A stretch of 64,000 nt of DNA from Eledone cirrhosa (Eukaryota), in contig OZ024761.1 in assembly GCA_964016885.1 (NCBI GenBank), positions 2,790,001-2,854,000 on the forward strand, read 5' to 3'. Below, piece after piece: positions 12,371 to 25,153 of the stretch. The notes beneath the pieces were generated by a model, which had not been told where the DNA came from, made no database searches, and saw only the letters and a program-made list of their open reading frames with translations. A program made the position numbers and the translations under genes. Position 1 is the first letter of the stretch; each line of letters opens with the position of its first letter.

Positions 12371-15300
12371 TCGTTGTTGATTGTAGACAGGACTTGTCGG
12401 TAGCCATTTTGAAATTTCCTCGTGGCGAAAAGTTTTTGAAATACTGCTAATTTTTTTACAATTTTCAAAGGGATATTTTGTATTTTCGTAAGTTGCATTG
12501 AACAAAAAGGCTGCGTAAAATTCTTACGTCGGTCACCAGTTTAGCAGAAAAAGTATTTAGAAGTGGTAATGTTGCCACGAGGAACCACCTTTGGTAGAAA
12601 GATGTGGTAAGAACATCGACAACGACTTTAGCTCGTTTTTACATAATTTATTAACAAAGGTTAAGAGGTGAATTAAGCTGGCATCCCAAGAGAAATGAAA
12701 TAATTCAATTAAGATTACAAGAGAAAATATGGTCGACTGGCTGAGGCGTTTGGCCAGGTCCGTAGTAATGTTTTGTCGTTACATATTGTTTGTGTTTACG
12801 GAGCAAAAGAACAAGTGGTGTTTACCTTAGCATGGTCAAGCTGCAAGAGAGCGATTCTTCAAATTTACTAGGGTAATCTCTCCCCTCCGGACGCGTAGGG
12901 ATACATCCTCTTCTACTGGCGCTGATTGGCTGAGATGAGCCAAATCACGCACAGAGAATGTATGTGAGCTCGCGGAATGTAGGTCACCACAATCCCTCAG
13001 GACGCGTAGGGATACATCCTCTTCTCCTGGTGCTGATTGGCCGAGCTGAGCCAAATCACGCACATAGAATGTATGTGAGCCTGCGGAACGTAGGTCACTA
13101 CGCATACCTTAGCTTGTGTATATATACTGCTATATACGTTAGCTTGTGTATCTGTACTGATATATACGTTAGCTTGTGTATATATACTGCTGTATATGTA
13201 TTTTTAGCAGCGAAGTATATAAATGTAATTGAAACACGTTACTCGTGTCTCAATAATAATGATGTCAACAGCAGAAATAAACCATGAAATGTATGTTTAT
13301 TTGTTGTAGCACAAAGTAATGTTTGTTTAGTTGTATAGTTGAAGTTAAACATAAAAGAGTTACAAAGAAATGTGGCATTGTGCCAGGCCCAAGGAAGGCC
13401 GACAGGCCAAAGTGCAAATCTCACCGTTACATGTTGTTTGTGCTTACGGAGCAAGAGAATATGTGGTTTTTACCTTAGCATGGTCAAGCTGCCAGAGAGA
13501 GATTTCTAGAATCGACGCGGGAACTTTTCCTGCAGGGCGCGTAGTAATACATTCTCCTCCGCTGGCAGTCATTGGCTGGGCTGAGCCAAATAACGCACGG
13601 AGAATGTATATGAGCCCGCGGAATGTAGGTCACTACAATACCCCCTTCCTAGTCGCAAGACGATACAGATTATTGAATCAGCAGGGGAAAATGCTGAAAG
13701 AGCACATCAATGAAAAAAAATTGAACCAAAGAATGCATGCAAGAAGAAAAATGAGGCGCTAAGGGCCGTGTTGAGTCGCTGTGTCAACTGACTAGCTGTT
13801 TTGCTATTTATACGTGACCACCAGGGGTCTAACAGAAAGCTGATAAAGTCTGACAAGGGCGAAGTTGCTGTTCTTGCATTAAATGTTAATGGTAAGTGTT
13901 GTACCAGTAGCTGTGGATGAAGCTGTTATGGTAGTTTACCAGTAGCTGTATGGCTGTTATGGTAAATGCTATACCAAAGTTGGCAAGAAGATGATGGGTA
14001 GGCGAGAAAATGTCGGCCTCCCAGATGAATTGCCGGAAGTGCTAGGCAGCCATGAAAAAATGGCTGGTTGCTTTGAAAAGAAAAAAAGCAAGTTGAATCT
14101 GTAGGTGGGTAGTAGTTGAAGTGGTAATTTCATAATTCTGGCGAATCCATGGGAGAAATGGTGGAAATGCTGATAGATCTAGTTCCATTTGTTGTTTTCC
14201 CAGTGAGTCGGGTAAAGTAACAAGATGGAGGTTGTTATGCTACAGGACGATGAGTGTGCAACGAGATGCGAAACTGTTTGAATCCAGCTGCAATTAGCAT
14301 TCTCGTATTGCAGTGCATGTGAATTAAGCTGCAAAGTATCAACAGCATGTTTTGGTTCCTCCACCAGGTGAAAAGGGATCTCGCAGAATATTACGACGCT
14401 TGAAGATCATATACCATAGACAACAACATGTTGGTGTGTGACAAAGAAATGTGTGTGCATATGCAGGCATGTAATACAGCAAAGAAAATGTGTGCGTGCA
14501 GTCATATATACAATGATGTAAAAAAAAATGAATTTTCATATAATACAGTTTAAAAGAAAAAAAATGTCCAAACATTGCCTGTAAAAAAAGAAGAAAGAAA
14601 GAATTGTTTTTAACAAAAAGTTCGCCTTTTCTTTTCTTTGAAATTTCTTTGGGAAGCTAGTAGAATTGTTGTTGTTGTTATCGAAGGGAAGGCACAGTAA
14701 ATCTTCAGTAGAATCGAAGTCGAACGCTGAAGAGCTGAGAGTCACCACGTGAGTTTGGTGTTTGCTTGTTGGTAGAAGAGGGCTTATCGGGAGCCATTTT
14801 TGAAATTTCTTCGTGGTGAAATTTTTCTTTTGAAATACTGCTAATTAATTTTTAATTTTAAAAGGAATATTTAAAATATTCCTCACGTCAGGTTACCATT
14901 TTTAGGCGAGTTGGCCCCATGGTTACTTACTCCAGTAAGCACCACCGGATCCCAACTGCCTAATTTAGTAGAAAGTAAATATTGTAGAGAAAGTTGTTGA
15001 TATTAATAAATGCAGCCATATCAGAAAAAAAAACGTATTAAATGTTTTTTTTAATACATATAACACCATTTCCTATTATTTTTTTCGGGGTCACCACTTT
15101 TGATGTTTGGTTATTATATATATATTTTAAAAGGAGCATTTCATACTTAAATACTCCTCCGTCGAGGGTCACGACTTTAATAGAATTAGGATTTATATAT
15201 ATATATATAAATTACTACTGTTTTAGAAACAACATGAAAGGCTGATTTACTTTGTTTGTAGAATGTTCATACAATTTAGCAGATGGATATAAGAGTAGAT

Positions 15301-15731
15301 GTATCACCAAGACGAATTATCATGATGTTGTATTCGTTGTAACTGGAAAGGTGTGTTAACAACATTACAAGACTTTACGAATGTTTTTATGTAATTTATA
15401 AACAAAGATTGAGCTGAGTAGAGCTGGCAAGCCAAAAGAAATAAAACAAACGAATTAAGATTTCAGAAGGCACAGTCTACTGGCTGAAGTGTTTGCCAGG
15501 CCCGTGGTTAAATGGTTGTGTTACATATTGGCTAGTGATTTCACGGCGAAAGAAAAATAGTTGTTTACCTTTCCGCGGTCAAAGCTGCAAGAGAGAGATT
15601 TCTAGAACCGACGCAGGAATTTTTCTTGCAGGGCGCGTAGAAATACATTCCCCTCCGCTGGCGGTCATTAGCTGGGCTGAACCAAATAACGCACCGATAA
15701 TGTATATGAGCCCGCGGAATGAAGGTCACTA
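10482..15731. repeat. Complex non-coding repeat: near-identical 560-bp blocks (10482-11042, 12540-13101) plus diverged copies
   Basis: Diverged copies of the block at about 13400-13636 and 15272-15731 also end GGTCACTAC. Spacer segments 11365-11645 and 12400-12540 recur at about 13770-14085 and 14790-14900. Confidence 0.85.
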
Positions 15732-15993
15732 CATACTGTTATATACGTTAGCTTGTGTATATATATTGCTATATGCGTTAGCTTGTGTATATATACTGCT
15801 ATATACGTTAGCTTGTGTATATATATTGCTATATACGTTAGCTTGTGTATATATATTGCTATATACGTTAGCTTGTGTATATATACTGTTATATACGTTA
15901 GCTTGTGTATATATACTGTTATATACGTTAGTGTATATATACTACTATATACGTTAGCTTGTGTATATATACTGCTATGTTAGCTTGTGTATA
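15732..15993. repeat. 30-bp minisatellite (gttagcttgtgtatatatactgctatatac)n; related arrays at 13103-13197, 18422-18543 and 28463-28521
   Basis: Direct inspection. Confidence 0.9.
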
Positions 15994-16299
15994 CAAAATC
16001 TTATAATTTTAAAGATGTTATTTTTGTTTTATTAAATGTTATTAGATATAACATGAAGGCGTTCTAGACGTGACAATCTTTTAATATATCACTTTCAAAA
16101 TATAGTTCTAGGTGAGCGGCCAATTGATAAGTTATTGATCTTAGTCTTCTGCTTGAGATCAAAGTGTGAAATTTTAACATTAATTACAAAGTCTGAATTT
16201 ATTAGTTTAATAAATGAATGCGCTTGTCTCTATGATTAATACACCATTGCAAACCTACGATGACACCTATACAAAGAAGATATATCAATATTGGTCTCT

Positions 16300-16770
16300 C
16301 TGGTGATACCTTCTCCAGAGGCAACCTGGTGCATTCGCTGACTAGCCGGGGCTTTTCTGACTGTCCAGCCGAACTTAGCAAGCTCTCCAAGTATCTGGCA
16401 AAAGGTCAGATGGCATGACCATCTTCCCGTTCCGCAGTGGCAAACCCCTCGTCTGGGATGCCACTTGCACCGACACTTTCTCCAGCCGCAACCTGGTACA
16501 GTCTGCGACTAACCCAGGTTCTGCTGCACGTCGGGCTGAGGAGGTCAAACTCCTCAAATACTGGTCGCTCTCCGACAGGTTTGCGGTTACACCCTTGCCA
16601 GTGTAGACTTCTGGTGTCCTCGGCCCTAGGGCTCCCTCTCTACTCACCACCATAGGCGCTGAGTTGGCCAGCCGCAGGTGTGAGCCTCGCGAGCTGGAAT
16701 GGCTTTTCCAGTGCGTCTCCCTTGCCGTCCTCCGGGGAAACGCCTTTTCCATTCTGTCCGCCGGTGCTGT
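16300..16770 (+). mobile_element. CRE-clade-like non-LTR retrotransposon, restriction-like endonuclease remnant
   Basis: DGMTIFPFRSGKPLVWDATCTDT...AARRAEEVKLLKY...V*TSGVLG...WLFQCVSLAVLRGNAFSIL. A further degenerate copy lies at about 16930-17150. Confidence 0.8.
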
Positions 16771-17494
16771 GGGGAGGTCACCAATATGCTTGACTGACTT
16801 GTCATTTTATCAGTCAGATGACCTTTGCTGTTGGAGAATAGCATTAATCTGACAGTATCCATCTTAGTACACCACTTAACTTGCTTGGCAACTCGAACTC
16901 TCTCCGTTAGGCCAAGGTTTTGCTTACTGTTAAGCCGAACTTAGCAAGCTGTCAAGTATATAATGCTCTCCGACAGGTTTGTTGTCTAAACTGTAGCAAC
17001 GGAAAGATGTTCTGGCGTTCTGGGTCTGTGGCCCACCTTCGTACACACTGCTATCGGAGACGGAGTTGATCACTCGAGGTGAAATAGCTATTCCAACGCG
17101 TCTCCTTCACCATCTTCCGATACAACAATTTCTTCATTCTATCTGCAGGGACCACGAGCTCCCACACGCCAGAGAACGCTGCCTCACGCAAGAGAACGCT
17201 TCCCCACATACACTGTCTGAGCCCCCATCATTTGAGTAGCAAAGATGTTTAAGCACACTTTTGCGTCAGGCGTCTTCAACTTGAAGGTCATGTCAGGCAA
17301 GGCAACGAACCTGCTAGAAAACCTTTACTATGGGAACCCACTAATGTGGAACACAAACATTAAAGAATCCTCTCAAGACATTAAAGAGAGTCTTTGAGGA
17401 AGAAACAGAATTATCTGAAGAACTGAGGCCGTTAATGTTGGATCGTGTGAGATAGAAAGGTTTTATGTCACCACAAATAAGTGGATGAATATAA

Positions 17495-17534
<40 letters not shown>

Positions 17535-17692
17535 GGTAGTGGTGGTAGTAGTGGTAGTGGTGGTAGTAGTGGTGGTGGTGGTAGTAGTGGTGGTAATAGT
17601 AGTGGTGGTAGTAGTGGTAGTGATGGTAGTAGTGGTGGTAATAGTAGTGGTGGTAGTAGTATTGGTGGTAGTAGTGGTAGTGGTGGTAGTAA

Positions 17693-17736
<44 letters not shown>

Positions 17737-17837
17737 TTTGTAATAGTAGCAGTAACAGTAGTAGAAGTAGTAGTAGTAGTAGCAGCAGCAGTAGTAGTAG
17801 TAGTAGTAGAAGTAGTAGTAGTAGCAGCAGCAGCAAC

Positions 17838-17883
<46 letters not shown>
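17495..17883. repeat. (AGT)n/(GGT)n compound microsatellite
   Basis: Direct inspection. Confidence 0.95.
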
Positions 17884-18094
17884 TCTTAACCTATATAAAG
17901 TTCAAGGCAGGAGTTGATGGGAAGATAATAAAAATCCTTAACAGACACAATGAAGTAATTAAACCTCTTCAACGTCTCATATTGAATGTCAAAATATGTA
18001 ATTACAACTGATTACCTGATGATGTCAGCCACCAATTAAATTTATTGCATATCAAATAAAAAAAAAACTTATAGAAACACAACGACGGAAAATA

Positions 18095-18131
18095 CTGAAG
18101 ATGTCACAGAAATGTGTGACGAAAGAGCTTT
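18095..18131 (+). ncRNA. Hammerhead core with decayed stem I (same family as 25302-25346)
   Basis: CTGAAGA-t-gtcac(agaaatgt)gtgac-GAAA-gagc-TT. Nearby 18280-18312 resembles the inverted end of the 25.1-25.7 kb element. Confidence 0.55.
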
Positions 18132-18869
18132 GAGAAATTATATTTATATTCATATTTTTAACTGTGGGTCATTCAATGTTAAACATTGATTGTCAACTGA
18201 ATTATTTATAGAAATATAAAAATATACTGAAGTGAAAACTAAACCAAACAGTGAATGTGTTTTTACTATATTTTGGCAATATTAGGACAGCATGGCCCTC
18301 CCCAAATATAACAAAACTTTACTCCTAATATTGGAAATATCTGAAGAGCGTCGGATAAATGTCTTGAAATATCTGATCCTCAGCTTTGCCTTCTCAGTTC
18401 AGGTCTACCTCATGTTAATTTGTCACATACCTTAGTTAGGGTATATATATACACTGTCACATACCTTAGTTAGGGTATATATACTGTCTCATACCTTAGT
18501 TAGGGTATATACACTGTCACATATCTTAGTTAGTGTATATACACCGATTCAACATCGTACACGTTTTAAAGATATTAATTGTTGTCCAATAAACTCCATC
18601 ATATGAAACAACATAAAGGCATTCTAGTCGTGACTACCCTGTCTCTAGCCGTGACTACCCTGTCTCTACCTGTCTCTACCCTGTCTCTACACCACTTAAT
18701 ATACTTTAATATAATGTTAAAAAGGATGCTATGTTTACCAATTCTATAAAATTCTAGAGTTTTATTGAAAGGAAAGTAAATATTCGCTCGACTAACTGCA
18801 CAGACTTGGAACGTCGCCTTGCTATCATTTTTTATTCTAAACTCTATTTCGTTCATTATTTTCAAAAGA

Positions 18870-19048
18870 TGGATTGGCAGTATCGGTAGAGGGTCGGACG
18901 CCATGCTTTCCAGCATAGTTACGTCCCTTTACGGTCTGAGTTCAAATCCCGCCGAGGTTGACTTTGCCTTTCATCCTTACGGGGTCGATAAAATAAAGTA
19001 CCAGTAATGCACTGGATAATTGCTGGCCTTGTGCCAAAAGAAGAAACA
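18870..19048 (+). mobile_element. tRNA-derived SINE, family 1
   Basis: TGGCAGTATCGG...GAGTTCAAATCC...gcctttcatccttacggggtcg. Confidence 0.85.
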
Positions 19049-19269
19049 ATTATTTTCAAAAGAATAGTTTGTATATCTTCTTAGAGAGAGGTGTATCTCT
19101 CTCTCTCTCTCTATATATATTTTTTTTAAAACCCCACAAAATAACAAAACACACACACACACAACACAACAACAACATCAACTGCCACCACCACCACCAC
19201 CACCATCACCACCATCACCAGCGACCGGGCCATAAGAAAACAACAACTTTAATAATAATAACTTTTCTG

Positions 19270-19385
19270 CTTTTGGCACGGAACCACCGATTGTTCCAGC
19301 GCATTACCGGTGCTTATTTTGTTGACTCCGTGGGGTTGAAAGGCAGGGTTGACCTCGGCGGGATTTGAGCTCGGAGCGTGGAGGG
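19270..19385 (-). mobile_element. Diverged SINE family 1 fragment
   Basis: The reverse complement reads gagctcaaatcccgccgaggtcaaccctgcctttcaacccc. Confidence 0.7.
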
Positions 19386-20039
19386 CCATAGCTCTATGCT
19401 GTAAAGCAATTATAATAATACTGAACGGTAACACGAACGGCTTCAACTATACGAACTCTTTCGAAGGTCATCAGTTGACATATTCTTGTAATCTTGTATC
19501 AGTAATTGTTTCTACTTTTGGCACAAGGCCAGCAATTACCCAGTTCATTATCAGTAATGACGGTAATTTATATATATATATATGTGTGTGCGTGTAAGTG
19601 AGTAGCGTGTGTGTGTTTGTTTGTATGTATGAGTGTTGGTGTGTGCGCGCGTATGTATATGTGTGTGTGCGCGTGTGTGTAAGTCGTACGTATAAGTGAC
19701 AAATAGTGAGTTTTTTTTTATGCGTGGGGACATAGAAATAGTCGGGCTGGATACCCGATCGCACATTTAAACCACTGGGAGTCAAGAGCCCCTAGCCCTT
19801 GTCAGGGCATTCTTCTAGGAGAAGGCATCTCAGGAAACTGGGTTAACTCCGACATAAAACCTGTTGCTCAGTAGTTACCGATGATGTTGATCTTTTCTTC
19901 TTTTCGGGTTATAGCTACTGTCGCTCAGAGAGTGGGATTGGCTCAGTGCACAGTCTTTTCTCACTTTAAAAATATTTGTCACGCACAGGATTTGCACGAT
20001 TGCATTAATTAATAATTATTAATAGTGTATTATTATTAG

Positions 20040-21482
20040 TTAGGTCTTTCCATGAGGACATGAAGGCTTGGGTTAATGTCGGAGGTAACATGTCGGAGCC
20101 TATCTCAGTAAAAAAAGGGAGTGAAACAGGGGGATATTCCAGTACCGACCCTGTTTGCCATATACTTAGCAATGGTTTTCTATATTGTATTCAGGAATTG
20201 CGAGCATGGTGTTTACCTCCGATATCGAACCTCAGGCAGCATATTTAACATCAGGCGCTTTGCTGCAAAAACAAAAGTATTTACATCAATTATAAAAGAC
20301 CTCTTGTATGCAGATGATTGCGATCGTGTAGCACACACATAGAGTGATATGCAACACATTTTGAATGTATTTTCTGATGCTTGCACCGCCCCAGGATTGA
20401 CTGTCAGTCTCAAGAAAACCGTCGTCATGTACCAACCTGCCCTGGTAAGCAGTACAGTGAACCAAATATCTATGTGTATGGTAAACGACTTGGAGTGGTT
20501 GATCAGTTTGTCTACCTGGGAAGCACTGTCAAACGATACAGCAACCTTGATAGTGAAATCCGACTCAGGATTAGGAAAGCAAGTGATGCTTTCGGAAAGC
20601 TAGAAAGGCGACTCTGTGGTCGGCGAGACATATGCAAGAAGATAAAGGTAAATGTGTACAAAGCATGTATGCTCTCTTCTCTTCTTTATGTCTGCGAGAC
20701 CTGGGTAACATATCGACACCACCTTAAGCAATTGGAGCGTTTCCATCAGATGGGTCTCACACGGATCCATGGCGTTCACTGGAGGGACCACATCAGTGAT
20801 GTCGAGATTTTGGAAAGCTCTAAGTGTGACAGTATAGAAGCTCTTGTGCTTAAGCAACGTCTCCGTTGGAGTGGTCACCTTGCCAGGATGGAGGATTCTA
20901 GAATACCAAAACAACTCTTTTATGGAGAGTTAGTTTAAGGAAAACGACCGCCACATAAACCCAAAAAGAGGTATAAGGATTCCTTGAAAGCCTCTTTGAA
21001 AGACGCTAACATCTCTGCTGATACATGGGAAAATGTTGTTGCTGATCGTAATAAATGTAGAAAGATTGTATATGGGCGTAAAGTTGCCTTTGAGGCATCT
21101 CAAATCGCATACGAGAAAGTAAAGCGGGATGTGAGGAAGGGCATTGATGTTGCACTTCCAGACGGCGAAAGTCCTCCTATGGTGCTGACATGCAGCGTCT
21201 GTGCGAGACTCTACCTAAGCAAAGCTGGCCTCGAAAGTCATCTTCGCAGTCATAAAGTAACGCCAGTGGTTGACTATCAGGCTTATGTTGGAGATGCTAC
21301 TCATCATGCTTGCCAAGCATGTGGTAGAGAATGTAAATCAACAGGAGGGCTCACACGACATGCAACAGTACATGAACTCCAACCACAGCCGGCTATTCCC
21401 AGTGAATGTTTTGGTTGCTAACTCTGTGCAAGACATTTTAGATCATTGGCTGGGCTAAAAAGCCACATTCGATCGCAGCGCT
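20040..21482 (+). pseudogene. RTE-clade LINE, 5'-truncated: RT C-terminal half plus C2H2 zinc fingers, disrupted
   Basis: GVKQGD..PTLF, LLYADD, LKKTVVM, FVYLGS, RLRWSGHLARMEDSRIPKQLFYGEL and KPKKRYKD, with frameshifts and stops. Confidence 0.9.
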
Positions 21483-21620
21483 GTTAATTGCTATAGTGTG
21501 TGTGTTTAGATATGTTTGTGTGTGTGCGTGTGTGTGTGTATATATATATATATTTATATGTATATTATTATTGTTGTTGTTGTCGTTATTATTATTGTTG
21601 TTATTATTATTATTATTGTT

Positions 21621-21800
21621 GGATTGGCAGTATCGGTAGAGGTTCGGACGCCATGTTTTGACGCATAGAGTTACGGCCCTTGCCATTCTGAGTTCAAATC
21701 CCGCCGAGGTTAACTTTGCCTTTCATCCTTACGGGGTCGATAAAATAAAGTACCAGTAATGTACTGGGTAATTTCTGGCCTTGTGCCAATAGTAGAAACA
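21621..21800 (+). mobile_element. tRNA-derived SINE, family 1
   Basis: High similarity to the 18870 copy. Confidence 0.85.
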
Positions 21801-21877
21801 ATTATTATTATTATTGTTATTATTATTTTTTTCTTCTTCTCGTGCAATGGCCATACTCGATAACGAGGGGGCAGCCA

Positions 21878-22004
<127 letters not shown>

Positions 22005-24140
22005 GGAGGTGAGTTTTATTGTAGTGCAATGGACTCTTTACTATCTTAAATTGCAACATAGTTAACCTTAATATTATTAAGAACAATATACGTAATCTCT
22101 TTAACCAACATAACCTAAAAATTGAATTTGATAACAGCATCAAACTAGCTAATTTCTTGGATGCATCTCTTAATCTTGACACTGGCCTATATTACCCTTA
22201 CCATAAAAACAATGAGAACCTAAATTATCTTAACTTTAAATCTAACCAACCTACTAATATCAAGAATGCTATAGTTAGTAATATTGGAAAAAGAATATCT
22301 AACCTATCTTCTAATAAAAACATCGTTGATGCGTTAGCACGTTATTATAATAATTGGCGTTAGCCAATTACTATAATAACGCGCTTTCTAAAGCCGGCTA
22401 TCCTGATAAAATCAAATATAGTAAAGAAACAAATTCTAGAAGAAATTACAGTAGAATAATTAATCTTGATCATTCCAATAACTTTAATAAAAGACCTAGA
22501 TACAAAAACATAATCTGGTATAATGCTCCTTTCTCCATCTCTATTAATAACAATATTCCTAAATTATTCTTTAGTGCCTTAAATAAATGCTTCCCTCCCT
22601 CACATATCTATAGTAAAATATTTAACAAACACACTATAAAATTTTCCTATTCTACATCCTCCAACATTTCCAACATTATCTCTAAACACAACAATAAAAT
22701 ACTAAATACTAAATCTCTTCCTTCCAACACTGAATATCATAATAATAGTACTCCCGACGTCATTGTAAACCCTAGGCTAATTTCTACAAACCCAAATACA
22801 ACGTCAAACACAACTTCGCTAAATGTTCTTAATCCCATTCTAAATCAAGAAACTATTATTCCTATCGCAAATAACTTCTCTAATCCAATTCCTTCTATAG
22901 ATAACACTAGGTCACTCATTAATAATCTCTCTAATTGCAATTGCAATTGCCCTATTAAAAATAAATGTCCTCTCAACAACCATTGTCTTGATAAAAACTT
23001 AATTTACGAATGTAAAGTTATAACTGACACCAATTCCTTCACCTATTTTGGCTTCACTTCCACCTCTTTTAAAGCTCGTCTTTATAACCATCATTCGTCT
23101 TTTAAATACAAACTTAAAAGAACCAACACGGCTCTCTCAGAACTCATATGATCCTTGAAAGACAAAAATATTAAATATAGCATCTTTTGGAAGAAGGTTT
23201 CTTCTGCGTCTGCATACTTGAACAGTTCTCTATCCAAAATCTGCAATCTCTGTCTAAATGAAAAATTTACCATTATTTCTAATCTAGATTCTATAATAAA
23301 TAGACGCACTGACTTGTTTTCTATCTGCTTGCATAAATTCCATAAAACATTTCACAAAGTATACAGCTAATATTCAATTCTTTATCAATTTAGCATCTTT
23401 TTCTCAAAGGCACATATATATATATACACTTCTTTTAAAAATATACCCATGTCTAACCCCTAATCTGTACCTTTTCTCACTCTTGCCTAACATAGAATCA
23501 ATTATTACATAATACAATACATTCTTACTCTATATCACCTTGTAAAAATCCTTCGTAAACATACATTTTTTGACGTTAGATTATTCATCCTCAATTCATT
23601 ATTCTTTTCTCCCTTTCATCTAACTCATTATTCTCAATACATATTAACATTTTCTTTTTCTTCGCACATATTATCAAACACCTCAATATACAAACCTTAA
23701 CTTTACATTATTTTTCTCTTCGTTAATTTTCAAATTCTTTTAATTTATACATTATCTTCCAACAGTTTTCAAACTCTCTATGTAAAACAATATATCTTTC
23801 TCAGTTATAAAAGCTATCTCTCTCTCTCTATCACCCATCTCTCCTCCTATCTCATCCTTCCTCATTATACTCCTCCTTCTCCACCTTTTACTCTCATCTC
23901 CTCCTCTTTTTTTCATCCTTTCCACCCACCCCATCTAAATAAAATATTTTTCCCAATATCACACATCAATCTAAAACTACTTCTCATATGTTGATTTAAA
24001 ACTGAACTATCCACAAGTGTTTTTTAATCTTCAAGTCATGTCTTCCTGTTTTATCTGATGAAAACACAAATATTATTGCATGATGATATTTGTTTTTGAA
24101 ATGCGCATAATAAAATACATGGAACTCTTTTAACCATCTT
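22005..24140 (+). mobile_element. 5'-truncated Penelope-like element (RT C-terminus/thumb, Cys-rich linker, C-terminal GIY-YIG, 3' pLTR with HHR), pseudogenised
   Basis: [73 protein letters not shown] and CNLCLNEK..INRRTDLFSICLH. Frameshift at a small duplication near 22331-22380, TGA at 23149, ORF ends at 23370. Confidence 0.9.
24047..24119 (+). ncRNA. Type I hammerhead ribozyme at the PLE 3' end
   Basis: tgttttat-CTGATGA-aaacacaaatat...atatttgttttt-GAAA-tgcgca-TA-ataaaata. Confidence 0.85.
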
Positions 24141-24145
24141 TTGTA

Positions 24146-24787
24146 TCCCTAATCTGTCCGAGATATAATGGTTATTGAGGCGGTTTGTATTATTATGATA
24201 ATATATTTTTATTTTCATTTTGTCATTCTGTCTGTTTCTTGGTTAAATATTTCAAGCATATGTGGTTTGTCAACCCTTGTAATTTTAGACACACGGTTTA
24301 CTGTGTTTCTTACTATATATTGTTAATCGGCTCAGTATTTATTTGTACTTTATACTTAGAGCTTAATGGTTACAGGGTTCTAATTCATATATATATTTCT
24401 GCTCCCTTACAAGTTGAGCTATTAAGTTGTGCGTGTTGGACTGTTATTTCTGTTCAATACGCGCTTACCACGTTTGACTGGCGGAGCACGAGGTGATAAA
24501 TTCATCTTTCTGTGTGAACGTTGGCAAATAGTGTTTGTGACATTTAATCGCAATCTCTCGCTGATGAAGCCCCGGATTATCTGTTACAAACACACTCAGG
24601 GCGAAACAGATTAGGGATAATCTGTCCGAGAGATATAATGGTTATTGAGGCGGTTTGTATTATTATGATAATATATTTTTATTTTCATTTTGTCATTCTG
24701 TCTGTTTCTTGGTTAAATATTTCAAGCATATGTGGTTTTTCAACCCTTGTAATTTTAGACACACGGTTTACTGTGTTTCTTACTATA

Positions 24788-24792
<5 letters not shown>
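24146..24792 (+). mobile_element. Partial-tandem non-coding element (period about 470 bp) carrying an HHR
   Basis: About 24150-24318 repeats at about 24618-24788. The first copy begins inside the HHR stem III sequence. Confidence 0.8.
24553..24634 (+). ncRNA. Type I hammerhead ribozyme with a full stem III
   Basis: atctctcg-CTGATGA-a-gccc...gggc-GAAA-cagatta(ggga)taatctg-TC-cgagagat. Stem I is 8 bp, stem III is 7 bp, and the cleavage triplet is GUC. Confidence 0.92.
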
Positions 24793-24832
<40 letters not shown>

Positions 24833-25117
24833 TATGTATTCGTACATAGATATATGTATACAGACGTACAGTAGTATGTATATACATACATGCACACATA
24901 TATATATGTACGTATGGGTTTACCGAATATTTATTATAATGCTCGGTTTGTTTGTAAACAAACAGCCCGAATTATTAGCCGTACAGTGTTCGGCAACCAT
25001 CGTTGACCTTTTGTTCAACACTGACAAAGGAACGATGAACTAGTTTCTAGCTAGTATACATATTTATATTTAAGTACCAGCCGTACTAAGAGTGAAAAAT
25101 GAAATTTCATTTTTTCC

Positions 25118-25120
<3 letters not shown>
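24833..25120. mobile_element. Dispersed HHR-family repeat, truncated within the HHR and internally inverted; relatives at 31850-31960, 34454-34940, 35655-35915 and 36765-36892
   Basis: Shared tatacagacgtacagtagtatg and aaacaaacagcccgaatta blocks. 25053-25120 is the inverse of 34454-34525. Confidence 0.75.

Positions 25121-25145
<25 letters not shown>

Positions 25146-25153
<8 letters not shown>

Noticed and set aside
17481-18011. Ser/Gly-rich 176-aa ORF
   Set aside because: Translation of an (AGT)/(GGT) microsatellite.
18340-18380. CTGAAGA...GAAA possible HHR
   Set aside because: No convincing stem I or stem III.
23149-23151. In-frame TGA in the PLE as possible selenocysteine (as in Naiad PLEs)
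   Set aside because: It falls at an aromatic position (likely TGG>TGA), not a Cys position, and the copy also has a frameshift and a decayed RT motif.
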